From a virus, in IMG/VR virus record IMGVR_UViG_3300042547_000361, positions 4,327 through 68,326 of that record: DNA of 64,000 nucleotides. One strand, written 5' to 3'. Positions within the stretch are counted from its first letter, which is position 1, and each line of letters starts with the position of its first letter. The notes beneath the pieces were generated by a model. It did no database searches. It saw nothing but the letters and a program-made list of their open reading frames with translations, and had not been told where the DNA came from. Of the stretch, positions 1 to 8,913 are shown in pieces. Position numbers and translations under genes: made by a program.

Positions 1-349
1 GCGGCATGGAAGGGGTCTGCGCCCTCCCTCATCTTGCGGGTTGTGCCTGCTACACGGGCTGCGTATTGTTCGATGGTCAACATGGAAGTACTCCGATCAA
101 TGGTTGAATACCGGAAGGGGCCAATCCCCAACCGATGCCTCTAGTTTACGGATGGGGACAATTTGGCACTGTCTGCAACAGCACAGCAGGGCCGTTTCTG
201 ACCCCCACCGTACCCCCACCAGCCCTTATTGACGGCGGCATGGCTACGTCACATGAACACTGTTTTGCACCCGCTACCACATCCCCCGTAATACCTACGT
301 CTTACCTTTTACCCACCCCAAAAAATTTCTATAAAAATTTAGCATAATC

Positions 350-369
350 TTTGTCTAATGCTAGACAAA
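350..369. promoter_or_regulatory. palindromic operator-like site TTTGTCTA-ATGC-TAGACAAA
   Basis: Perfect 8-bp inverted repeat with 4-nt spacer; related to the identical 17-mers at 49700 and 59269. Confidence 0.55.
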
Positions 370-376
370 TACAGGC

Positions 377-407
377 AAAAAAAGACCCCGCCGGTTTCCC
401 AGCGGGG
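377..407 (-). terminator. intrinsic terminator of the sRNA
   Basis: CCCCGCUGG-GAAA-CCGGCGGGG followed by UCUUUUUUU on the minus strand. Confidence 0.85.
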
Positions 408-460
408 CGCAATGGGGTTTCATTCCCAAGGAGAAAGCAAATGCCTTGCGGCAACTGCCC
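377..460 (-). ncRNA. putative trans-acting anti-RBS small RNA (~84 nt)
   Basis: Upstream TTGCTT-17-TACACT promoter; 5' GCAA-tetraloop hairpin; CAUUUGCUUUCUCCUU segment; GAAA-loop terminator plus U7; G-U pairs work only on the minus strand. Confidence 0.75.
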
Positions 461-475
461 GGCGCAGTGTATAGT
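446..475 (+). promoter_or_regulatory. sigma70-type promoter for the late operon
   Basis: TTGCGG (446-451), 18-nt spacer, TATAGT (470-475), upstream of the first late gene. Confidence 0.5.
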
Positions 476-494
476 ATGCAGCATCGGTAAGCAA
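466..494 (-). promoter_or_regulatory. sigma70-type promoter for the sRNA
   Basis: Minus strand TTGCTT (494-489), 17-nt spacer, TACACT (471-466). Confidence 0.7.
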
Positions 495-516
495 GGGCGC
501 ACGCCTAAACCCGCAC

Positions 517-1125
517 ATGCTTGATCACTTATTGGATTTTGAGCCAGATGTTGTCGCCAACAGCGACGCGGGCGCAGCCTTAGCTAAGCACACTGCAGCG
601 CAAGTGATCGACGCGCAGGTATCCACCGCAGACTTCCTCGCCTCCTTGGGCTCCCCGGACACCGACACGGTAGTCTCAGCGCTTGAGCAGCGCACAGCCC
701 GCGAAGCATTCAACGCTGTCGTCACCCAGGACGACGCGGCCCACCACAAGCTCGCCCAGATTGAAACCCCCGCAGCCGTGCGCCACCTTGTTGGTATGCT
801 CACCGCATACGACTGGGAATTTGTACAGCAAGCCAAAGAACTGCGCGGGTACACGGTGGCCAAGCTGGTGGAAGAGACGCAGAACCCCAACGCAAACATC
901 CGGCTCAAGGCGCTTGGGTTGCTTGGCAAGGTCACCGAGGTTGGGCTGTTCACAGACAAGATTGAGGTAAAGAAGACGGACCTCACGGAAGAAGAGATCG
1001 ACAAAAAGCTCAAGGAGAAGCTGGCCAAGTTCATGGATATCACGGACATTGCGCCAGAAGATATAGAAGACGTATGCCCTGTTGGGGAAAATCCTAGTGA
1101 CGACCAACCCACCGCTGACGCCTGA
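517..1125 (+). CDS. putative terminase small subunit
   Basis: 202-aa helical protein directly upstream of and overlapping TerL. Confidence 0.55.
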   Translation: MLDHLLDFEPDVVANSDAGAALAKHTAAQVIDAQVSTADFLASLGSPDTDTVVSALEQRTAREAFNAVVTQDDAAHHKLAQIETPAAVRHLVGMLTAYDWEFVQQAKELRGYTVAKLVEETQNPNANIRLKALGLLGKVTEVGLFTDKIEVKKTDLTEEEIDKKLKEKLAKFMDITDIAPEDIEDVCPVGENPSDDQPTADA

Positions 1126-2632
1126 GCAAGCCAAGGCGCTGCTCATGAATCTCTCGCAGCTTACTGCGCAGGAGAAGCTTGAGGCGTTGGAGCTGCTGGA
1201 CAAGGCGACGGAGCACCGCCAGCGTGGGCTGGCCCGGGGCGACATGATCGAGTTTGCCAAGTCGGTGTATCCGGGCTTCAAAGTGGGGCCGCACCACAGA
1301 AAACTGGCTAAAATTTTCAAGGATGTGATCGACGGCAAGAAGCGCCGGGTCATCATCAACATCGCGCCAAGGATGGGTAAGTCCGAGTTCTCGTCCTACC
1401 TGTTCCCGTCTTTCTTTCTGGGCAACTTCCCGGAAAAGAAAATCATCATGGCAACGCACACGGCGGGCCTGTCAGAAGACTTTGGACGCCGGGTCAGGAA
1501 CTTGATTGAAGGCGATGATTACCAAGAACTTTTCTCCACCACTAGGGTGGCTGACGACCAAAAAGCTGCGGGTAAATGGTCCACCAGCGCAGGCGGCCAG
1601 TACTATGCTGCTGGTGTCGGTGGCGCTCTGGCTGGTCGCGGTGCTGATCTCTTTGTCATTGACGACCCTCATAGTGAGCAGGACGTAAAGGCCAACAGCC
1701 GCTTGGCGTTTGATACCGCGTGGTCGTGGTTTCAGACTGGCCCGCTACAGCGCTTGATGCCAGGGGGCGCGATCATAATCATCATGACGCGCTGGGGCAA
1801 ACTCGACCTGACCGGGCGGCTGCTGGACTACCAGACCAAAAATCCCGACGCCGATCCGTGGGAAGTGGTGGAGCTGCCAGCCATCTTGCACGAGGACACC
1901 GAGAACGAGAAAAGCCTTTGGCCAGAGCAGTGGCCGCTTGAGTCGCTCAAGCAAAAGAAGCTGTCGTTGGACCCTCAGTACTGGAACGCCCAGTACATGC
2001 AAAACCCGGTATCCAACACAGCGGCAATCATCAGCCGCAAATCATGGCGCATATGGCCAAGCGAAGAGCCGCCTAGGTGCGACTATATTATTCAGTCATG
2101 GGACACGGCGTTTGAAGCCAAAACCAGCGCCGACTATAGTGCATGCACGACCTGGGGCGTGTTCTACAACGAGGAAGAAAACGACGCCGCACAGGTTATA
2201 TTGCTCGACGCATTCAAAGACAGGATGCAGTTTCCCGAGTTAAAAGCCGCAGCGCTCAAGCACTATAAAGAGTGGGAGCCAGACGCGTTTATTGTGGAGA
2301 AGAAAGCTGCCGGTGCCCCGCTGATTCAAGAACTCAGGCGCATGGGTATACCTGTGCAGGAGACAAACCCAAGCCGGGGTAACGACAAGATTGTGCGTCT
2401 GAACGCGGTTGCGGATTTGTTTGCATCAGGTACAGTGTGGGCTCCAGATACTCGCTGGGCACGCGAGGTCATCGAGGAGGTTGCGTCCTTTCCCAACGGC
2501 GAGAACGATGACTTTGTCGATACTACCTCCCAAGCGCTGCTCAGGTTCAGACAGGGCGGGTTTATCTCGCTGGCATCCGACGAGAAGGATGAGCCGAAAT
2601 TCTTCCGCAGGCGCTCTGCGGCGTACTATTAA
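1082..2632 (+). CDS. terL: terminase large subunit
   Basis: Walker A APRMGKS, Walker B FVIDD, nuclease motifs SWDTA and DDFVD; true start may be GTG 1097 or ATG 1145. Confidence 0.95.
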   Translation: MGKILVTTNPPLTPEQAKALLMNLSQLTAQEKLEALELLDKATEHRQRGLARGDMIEFAKSVYPGFKVGPHHRKLAKIFKDVIDGKKRRVIINIAPRMGKSEFSSYLFPSFFLGNFPEKKIIMATHTAGLSEDFGRRVRNLIEGDDYQELFSTTRVADDQKAAGKWSTSAGGQYYAAGVGGALAGRGADLFVIDDPHSEQDVKANSRLAFDTAWSWFQTGPLQRLMPGGAIIIIMTRWGKLDLTGRLLDYQTKNPDADPWEVVELPAILHEDTENEKSLWPEQWPLESLKQKKLSLDPQYWNAQYMQNPVSNTAAIISRKSWRIWPSEEPPRCDYIIQSWDTAFEAKTSADYSACTTWGVFYNEEENDAAQVILLDAFKDRMQFPELKAAALKHYKEWEPDAFIVEKKAAGAPLIQELRRMGIPVQETNPSRGNDKIVRLNAVADLFASGTVWAPDTRWAREVIEEVASFPNGENDDFVDTTSQALLRFRQGGFISLASDEKDEPKFFRRRSAAYY

Positions 2633-2641
2633 GGACACGAC

Positions 2642-5143
2642 ATGGCCACGAACATTGACAAAGCGCTGTACCAGCAGCCCAAAGGCATTGAGGCGCTTGC
2701 GCAGGACGAGGAGCCCATCGAGATTGAGATCATTGACCCAGAGGAGGTCAACATCCACGCAGGGGGCATGGACCTGAGTATCCGCCCAGGCGACGAGGAA
2801 GAAGACAGTTTTGATGCCAACCTTGCCGAAGAGTTGGACGAGGGGGAGCTGGCCACGCTGGCCGGGGATCTGGCCGACGACATCAAAAACGACCTTGGCT
2901 CACGCAGTGAGTGGGAGAAGTCCTACGTGCAGGGCTTAAAACTCCTGGGCTTGCAGTATGAGGAGCGCACTGAGCCGTGGGACGGCGCATGTGGTGTGTT
3001 CCACCCGATGATCACAGAAGCGGTGGTTAGGTTCCAGTCCGAGTCCATCACGGAGACTTTCCCGGCCCAAGGCCCGGTCAAGACCAAAATCTTGGGCAAG
3101 CAAACGCCTGAGAAAAACGAGGCTGCTGATCGGGTGCAGGATGACATGAATTACGAGCTGACCGAGGTCATGCGCGAGTTCCGGCCTGAGCATGAGCGCA
3201 TGCTGTGGAGCCTCCCGGCCACCGGCTCGGCGTTCAAGAAGGTCTACTACGACCCCAACCTGGGCCGTCAGGTCAGCATGTTCATACCGGCAGAAGACAT
3301 CATCTTGCCGTACGGGGCCACTGATCTGGACACCTGCTACCGGGTGACGCACACGCTTAGAAAAACAAAAAGCGAGATCATCAAGCTGCAGCAGGCCGGG
3401 TTCTACCGCGACATCGTGCTGCCCGACCCGGACAAGAGCAAGACCGACATCCAGCAGGCCAAGGACAAAGAAACTGGGTTCTCGGACCTGAACGACGACC
3501 GCTACACCCTGTATGAGAGCCATGTGGACCTCGTGGTCAAGGGCGACGAGCACACTGAAGTAGACGAGGACGGCCAGCCACTGGGCATCACGCTGCCGTA
3601 CGTGATGACGGTGCTAAAAGGCAGCAACGATGTGCTGGCGCTGCGCAGGAACTGGAAAGAAGACGACGATCTGTGCCTCAAGCGCCAGCACTTTGTCCAT
3701 TACCAGTACATCCCCGGCTTTGGGGCCTATGGCTTCGGGCTGTTCCACCTGATCGGGGGCTATGCCAAGAGCGCAACAAGCATCATGCGCCAGTTGGTGG
3801 ACGCAGGCACGCTATCTAACCTGCCGGGCGGTTTGAAAACCCGGGGTCTGAGGATCAAAGGCGACGATACGCCCATCGCACCGGGCGAATTTAGGGATGT
3901 GGACATCGGTTCGGGCGCTCTGCGCGACAACATCCTGCCGCTGCCCTACAAGGAGCCCAGCGCGGTCCTGGCAGCGCTCATGGACAAGATCGTCGAGGAA
4001 GGCCGCAGGTTTGCCGCCACGGCAGATATGAAGGTCTCGGACATGTCGGCGCAGGCTCCGGTGGGCACCACCCTGGCGCTGCTGGAGCGCCAGCTTAAAG
4101 TTATGACGGCGGTCTCTGCGCGGCTGCACTTCTCGTTCAAGCAGGAGCTAAAGCTGCTGGCTGGGCTTATTAGGGATTACACGGATGACAGCTACGACTA
4201 CGAGCCGGTCGATGCGCCCCGCAAAGCCAAAAAGGGTGACTACAGCCACGTAGAGATCATCCCGGTCAGCGACCCCAACGCAGCGACCATGAGTCAGCGC
4301 GTTGTCCAGTACCAAGCCGTGATCCAGATGGCGCAGATGGCACCGGACATTTACGACCTGCCCAAGCTACACAGAGGCATGCTGGAGGTGCTGGGCATCA
4401 AGAACGCTGCCGAGTTGGTGCCGCTGGAGGACGACCAGAAGCCCAAAGACCCGGTCTCAGAGAACATGGCTGCGCTCAAAGGCGAGCCGCTCAAGGCGTT
4501 TCAGTACCAAGACCACGAGTCCCATATTAAGGTCCACACCTCGGCCATGCAGGACCCCATCGTCATGCAGCTCATTGGGCAGAACCCGAAAGCGCCGCAG
4601 ATTCAGGCTGCGATGATGGCCCACATTGCCGAGCACGTTGGGTTTGCCTACCGCCAAAAGATCGAGCAGCAGCTTGGTATGCCCTTGCCACCGCAAGACG
4701 AGAAGCTGCCGCCGGAGATTGAAATCCAGCTCAGCGCCATGATGGCCCAAGCCGCACAGCAAGTGCTCCAGCAGAGTCAGTCAATGGCGGCCAAACAGCA
4801 GGCCCAGCAACAGCAGCAAGACCCCCTCATCCAGATGCAGCAGCAGGAGCTACAGATTCGCGCCCAGGAGGTGCAGATCAAGGCCCAAGAGGTGCAGATG
4901 AAGGCACAGGCCGCTGCTCAAGATGCTCAGCTCAAGGAAAAGCAAATGGCTGTGCAGGCGGCATCAAAAGCAGACGAGCTGGAAATTCGCAAGCAACAGA
5001 TGCAAGTAGATGCCGCGTTCAAAGCCGACAAGCTTGCTCTTGACGAGCAGCGAGAAGGTACCCGCATGGGAGTAGATATTGCCAAACACCGGGCACAAAT
5101 GTTTCAGCAACGAAACCAACAACGTGGAAAGCCAACTAAATGA
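2642..5143 (+). CDS. portal protein
   Basis: 833 aa after TerL; P22-like portal size with Gln-rich coiled-coil C-terminal barrel. Confidence 0.85.
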   Translation: MATNIDKALYQQPKGIEALAQDEEPIEIEIIDPEEVNIHAGGMDLSIRPGDEEEDSFDANLAEELDEGELATLAGDLADDIKNDLGSRSEWEKSYVQGLKLLGLQYEERTEPWDGACGVFHPMITEAVVRFQSESITETFPAQGPVKTKILGKQTPEKNEAADRVQDDMNYELTEVMREFRPEHERMLWSLPATGSAFKKVYYDPNLGRQVSMFIPAEDIILPYGATDLDTCYRVTHTLRKTKSEIIKLQQAGFYRDIVLPDPDKSKTDIQQAKDKETGFSDLNDDRYTLYESHVDLVVKGDEHTEVDEDGQPLGITLPYVMTVLKGSNDVLALRRNWKEDDDLCLKRQHFVHYQYIPGFGAYGFGLFHLIGGYAKSATSIMRQLVDAGTLSNLPGGLKTRGLRIKGDDTPIAPGEFRDVDIGSGALRDNILPLPYKEPSAVLAALMDKIVEEGRRFAATADMKVSDMSAQAPVGTTLALLERQLKVMTAVSARLHFSFKQELKLLAGLIRDYTDDSYDYEPVDAPRKAKKGDYSHVEIIPVSDPNAATMSQRVVQYQAVIQMAQMAPDIYDLPKLHRGMLEVLGIKNAAELVPLEDDQKPKDPVSENMAALKGEPLKAFQYQDHESHIKVHTSAMQDPIVMQLIGQNPKAPQIQAAMMAHIAEHVGFAYRQKIEQQLGMPLPPQDEKLPPEIEIQLSAMMAQAAQQVLQQSQSMAAKQQAQQQQQDPLIQMQQQELQIRAQEVQIKAQEVQMKAQAAAQDAQLKEKQMAVQAASKADELEIRKQQMQVDAAFKADKLALDEQREGTRMGVDIAKHRAQMFQQRNQQRGKPTK

Positions 5144-5334
5144 TCCAAGATTTCGCACGCGTACTGCGCGAGAAGATACGCATTGACATGAACAACTACG
5201 CCGATGACTTGGCAGGCGGAGCATGTCGCTCATTTGATGAGTACCAAAAACTCTGCGGGGTGATTCAGGGTCTTGCCCTTGCAGAGCGTTATGTCCTTGA
5301 CCTTGCAGAGAAAGTAGAAAAAGCCGATGAGTGA
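5140..5334 (+). CDS. hypothetical protein
   Basis: 64 aa, ATGA-coupled to the portal gene. Confidence 0.7.
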   Translation: MIQDFARVLREKIRIDMNNYADDLAGGACRSFDEYQKLCGVIQGLALAERYVLDLAEKVEKADE

Positions 5335-5761
5335 AATTCTCTTGCCCCCAGGCATCAGCCTGCCCCCGACCATCCAACCAAAAGCCGCGCCTGAAAAGGA
5401 AGCGCCTGCGGAAGAGAAAGCCACCAGCTTACCTCTGCCGACTGGGTGGAAATTACTCTGCATAGTGCCTGACGTTTCAGAGAAACTCGACGGCACGGAG
5501 CTGGACTTGGTCAAACCAACGTCCATACTCAAACAAGAAGAGCACGCTACTACGGTGTTGTTCGTCTTGAAAGTCGGCCCCGACGCGTACAAAGACGCGT
5601 CCAAGTTTCCCAACGGCGCTTGGTGCAAGGAAGGCGACTTTATCTTGGTGCGTACATACTCTGGCACGCGGTTCAAGATATATGGCAAGGAGTTCCGGCT
5701 GATCAATGACGATCAGGTGGACGCAGTGGTGCAAGACCCGAGAGGAATAACCCGCGCATAA
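5327..5761 (+). CDS. GroES/Cpn10-like co-chaperonin
   Basis: PTGWKLL...VLKVGPDAY...KEGDFILVRTYSGTRFKIYGKEFRLINDDQVDAVV matches the Cpn10 pattern. Confidence 0.85.
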   Translation: MSEILLPPGISLPPTIQPKAAPEKEAPAEEKATSLPLPTGWKLLCIVPDVSEKLDGTELDLVKPTSILKQEEHATTVLFVLKVGPDAYKDASKFPNGAWCKEGDFILVRTYSGTRFKIYGKEFRLINDDQVDAVVQDPRGITRA

Positions 5762-5770
5762 GGAGCAATC

Positions 5771-6739
5771 ATGGCAAACGACTTTAAGTTTCCAGACGAG
5801 CAAAACGACAACGACAACGACGACAAAATTGAGATTACGACCGCCGAAAGCGATGTCGAAATTGAGATTGTCGATGACACCCCCGAGCGTGACCGGGGCC
5901 GTAAACCGTTGGATCGGGAGGTTTCAGACCCCACCGACGACGAGCTAGATACCTACACTGAGGGCGTCAAAAAACGTCTGAAGGAGCTGACCCACGCCCG
6001 TCACGACGAGCGCCGGGCAAAAGAATCGCTGGCCCGCGAAAAAGCAGAGCTTGAGCGGCTTGCACATGCGATGGTGGACGAGAACAACCGCCTTAAACAG
6101 TATGTACAGGCGGGCACCGCCCAGTACATGACGCTTACCCAGCAGGCTGCAGAAGCCAAGTTGGAAAAAGCCCGGCGGGAACTCAAGGCGGCGCAAGAGG
6201 CGTTTGATACTGACGCCATAATTGCTGCCCAGGAAGCGCTGGCTGAAGCCAAGTGGGAATCGCAAAGTGCAAAAAATATGCGAGCACCCGCTTTACAACA
6301 GCCGCAAGAAGATGTACAAAGCTACCAACCGCAACCCCAACAGGTTCGGGCCGACGAGAAAACACTGCGCTGGCAGGCAAAAAACCAGTGGTTTGGCTCC
6401 GACGGGTTTGAGGAAATTACCAGCTACGCACTAGGGCTGCATCAAAAGCTAGTCAACAACGGGGTCGATCCCCGCACTGATGAGTATTTCGAGCAGATTG
6501 ACGCTCGCGTGAAGTCCAAGTTTCCCGAAGTTTTCGGGGAGGACGACAAGCCACGGTCGCAAGGTTCCCAAGCGTCTCAGGCTAGAAAACCTGCATCTGT
6601 TGTGGCTCCCGCCAGTCGTTCGACCGGCAAGAGAAAGGTTGAGCTTACGCCATCGCAAGCCGCGCTGGTTAAACGCTTTAATCTTGACCCGCAAAAGTAT
6701 GCACAGGAAGTTTTGAAACTGGAGGCCCAAAATGGTTGA
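5771..6739 (+). CDS. putative capsid scaffolding protein
   Basis: Acidic N-terminus, long coiled coil, position between portal and capsid genes. Confidence 0.65.
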   Translation: MANDFKFPDEQNDNDNDDKIEITTAESDVEIEIVDDTPERDRGRKPLDREVSDPTDDELDTYTEGVKKRLKELTHARHDERRAKESLAREKAELERLAHAMVDENNRLKQYVQAGTAQYMTLTQQAAEAKLEKARRELKAAQEAFDTDAIIAAQEALAEAKWESQSAKNMRAPALQQPQEDVQSYQPQPQQVRADEKTLRWQAKNQWFGSDGFEEITSYALGLHQKLVNNGVDPRTDEYFEQIDARVKSKFPEVFGEDDKPRSQGSQASQARKPASVVAPASRSTGKRKVELTPSQAALVKRFNLDPQKYAQEVLKLEAQNG

Positions 6740-7190
6740 ATCTCAAGATCGTACAGCTCGTGACCTGAAGTCACGCGACAAATCCGCTCGTGCAGTGTAT
6801 GTACCGCCGAGCAACCTGCCTGATCCGACACCTGAGCCGGGATGGACGTACCACTGGGTTGGTACTCACATTCTGGGACAGGCCAACCCCACAAACGTGT
6901 CCCAAAAGATGCGTGAGGGTTGGGAGCCGGTGAAAGCAACAGACCATCCAGAACTGATGCTCATGGGTAATGAGAAAACTGGCAACGTGGAAATTGGTGG
7001 GTTGATGCTTTGCAAGATGCCCGTTGAACGCTACCGTGCCCGCCAGGAGTACTACAACCGGCAAGCTCAGGGACAGATGGACTCAGTGGATAACCACTTT
7101 TTGCGTAACAATGACCCGCGTATGCCGTTGTTCTCGGAGAAAAAATCCTCCACGACACGCGGTGCCGGGTTTGGTTCTGGTTTAAAGTAA
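6732..7190 (+). CDS. hypothetical head-module protein
   Basis: 152-aa ORF with GGAGG RBS inside the head operon. Confidence 0.7.
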   Translation: MVESQDRTARDLKSRDKSARAVYVPPSNLPDPTPEPGWTYHWVGTHILGQANPTNVSQKMREGWEPVKATDHPELMLMGNEKTGNVEIGGLMLCKMPVERYRARQEYYNRQAQGQMDSVDNHFLRNNDPRMPLFSEKKSSTTRGAGFGSGLK

Positions 7191-7204
7191 CAAGGAGTCC
7201 TTAA

Positions 7205-7831
7205 ATGGCATCAGTAGCAGCCCCCTACGGGCTTAAGCCCGTAAATCAGTTGGGTGGCACCCCATATGCAGGTGCAACCCGTACTTATCTCATTGACCCC
7301 GCAGGCACCGCCGCAAACATTTTCAACGGCTCGCCCGTGTATGTAAATGCAAACGGCTACTTGGCTGTGGCAACTGCAACCGGCGCTGACGCGACGACTA
7401 ACGGCTTCCCCGTGGGTACCGCTAACACAGGTATCGTGGGCGTGTTCGTTGGCTGCTCGTTCTTCAACGCGCAAGGGCAGTTGATTTTCTCGCAGTACTA
7501 CCCCACTGGCACCACCGGCGTGGTTCAGGCTCAGGTTGTTGACGATCCCAACGTCGTGTTTCAGGTCCAGTCCGCTGGCTCTGTGACGCAAGCCGCTGTG
7601 GGCGCGAACTTGTTCTTCACCACAGGCGCTGTTGCAACTGGTAGCACGAGCACTGGTAACTCTACGGCTTCTGTCGTGGCAGGTTCCTCGGCTGTGACCA
7701 CCACTGCGGCCTTCCGTGTTGTGGGTTTCCCCAACGTGCAGGGATTTTCGGTTGTGGGCGACGCCTTCACTGATGTCTATGTGAAGATCAACCCCGGCTA
7801 CCACAGCTTCACCAACGCCGTTGGTCTGTAA
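7205..7831 (+). CDS. putative capsid decoration/minor capsid protein
   Basis: Ala/Gly/Thr/Val-rich, AAGGAG RBS, immediately before the major capsid gene. Confidence 0.6.
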   Translation: MASVAAPYGLKPVNQLGGTPYAGATRTYLIDPAGTAANIFNGSPVYVNANGYLAVATATGADATTNGFPVGTANTGIVGVFVGCSFFNAQGQLIFSQYYPTGTTGVVQAQVVDDPNVVFQVQSAGSVTQAAVGANLFFTTGAVATGSTSTGNSTASVVAGSSAVTTTAAFRVVGFPNVQGFSVVGDAFTDVYVKINPGYHSFTNAVGL

Positions 7832-7844
7832 GGAGTATTGAAAA

Positions 7845-8777
7845 ATGGCTATTTCACGCGCACAACTGCTCAAAGAGCTGCTCCCAGGTCTGAACGCCCT
7901 GTTCGGCATGGAGTACGCCCGCTACGGCGAAGAGCACAAGGAAATCTACGAGACCGAGAAATCGGAGCGTAGCTTTGAAGAAGAGACCAAGCTGGCTGGC
8001 TTCTCTGCTGCACCTGTCAAGAACGAGGGCTCTGCCATCGCTTACGACAACGCACAGGAAGCGTTCACCGCCCGCTACACCCATGAGACCATTGCTCTGG
8101 GCTTCTCGATCACCGAAGAGGCGGTTGAGGACAACCTGTACGACAGCCTGTCTGCTCGTTACACCAAAGCTCTGGCCCGTGCTATGGCCTACACCAAGCA
8201 GGTTAAGGCCGCTGCCGTTATCAACAACGGCTTCAATGGCTCGTACCTCGGCGGTGACGGCGTCACCTTGTTCGGCAACAACAGCTCTAGCACCCGTGTT
8301 GGCCATCCGCTCGTCGGCGGTGGCGTCAACTTCAACAGCCCGACCACTGGCGTTGACCTGAACGAGACCGCCCTGGAAAATGCAGTGATTCAAATCGCTG
8401 CGTGGACCGATGAGCGTGGACTGCTGATCGCAGCCAAGCCCCGTAAGATGGTGATCCCTCCGGCACTGATGTTCGTTGCCAAGCGCCTGCTTGACACCGA
8501 GCTGCGCGTTCAGACTGCTGACAACGACATCAACGCGTTGAAGCAGATGGGTGCTATCCCCGAAGGCTACACCGTCAACCACTTCTTGACCGATCCGAAC
8601 GGCTGGTATTTGACCACCGACGTTCCCAACGGCATGAAGCATTTCGAGCGTATGCCTCTGGCTAACTCCATGGATGGAGACTTCGACACCGGCAACGTCC
8701 GCTATAAGGCTCGTGAGCGTTACAGCTTTGGCTGGTCTGATCCCCTGGGTATGTGGGGCTCTCAGGGTTCGTCCTGA
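7845..8777 (+). CDS. major capsid protein (Mu gpT-like)
   Basis: 310 aa, MAISRAQLLKELLPGLNALFG start, RYKARERYSFGWSDP end, biased codons, terminator downstream. Confidence 0.9.
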   Translation: MAISRAQLLKELLPGLNALFGMEYARYGEEHKEIYETEKSERSFEEETKLAGFSAAPVKNEGSAIAYDNAQEAFTARYTHETIALGFSITEEAVEDNLYDSLSARYTKALARAMAYTKQVKAAAVINNGFNGSYLGGDGVTLFGNNSSSTRVGHPLVGGGVNFNSPTTGVDLNETALENAVIQIAAWTDERGLLIAAKPRKMVIPPALMFVAKRLLDTELRVQTADNDINALKQMGAIPEGYTVNHFLTDPNGWYLTTDVPNGMKHFERMPLANSMDGDFDTGNVRYKARERYSFGWSDPLGMWGSQGSS

Positions 8778-8784
8778 TGAGATA

Positions 8785-8815
8785 GAAAAGGGGGCCTTGT
8801 GCCCCCTTTTCTTTT
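8785..8815 (+). terminator. intrinsic terminator after the capsid gene
   Basis: GAAAAGGGGGC-CTTGT-GCCCCCTTTTC followed by TTTT. Confidence 0.85.
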
Positions 8816-8825
8816 GAGGTATATT
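8797..8825 (+). promoter_or_regulatory. sigma70-type promoter embedded in the terminator
   Basis: TTGTGC-17 nt-TATATT. Confidence 0.55.
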
Positions 8826-8832
8826 GCTTGCA

Positions 8833-8908
8833 TCCCGGGGTCCCCGGCGTTCTGACAGTCCCGGCTGACGACATGTAGACAGAACGCCCACAATACTCGC
8901 ATGTGAGG
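8833..8908 (+). ncRNA. structured RNA downstream of the gpT-like capsid gene (Mu-gpT-DE-like)
   Basis: GGCGTTCTG/CAGAACGCC 9-bp stem enclosing a small hairpin, flanked by further hairpins; context fits the Mu-gpT-DE motif as recalled. Confidence 0.55.
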
Positions 8909-8913
8909 AAATC

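Noticed and set aside
441-524. 27-aa plus-strand ORF (MPCGNCPAQCIVC...) behind a perfect AAGGAGAAAGCAAATG, with its stop overlapping the terS start
   Set aside because: The predicted plus-strand promoter lies inside it, and the minus-strand promoter, terminator and strand-specific G-U pairs explain the motif better as antisense RNA. Not fully excluded.
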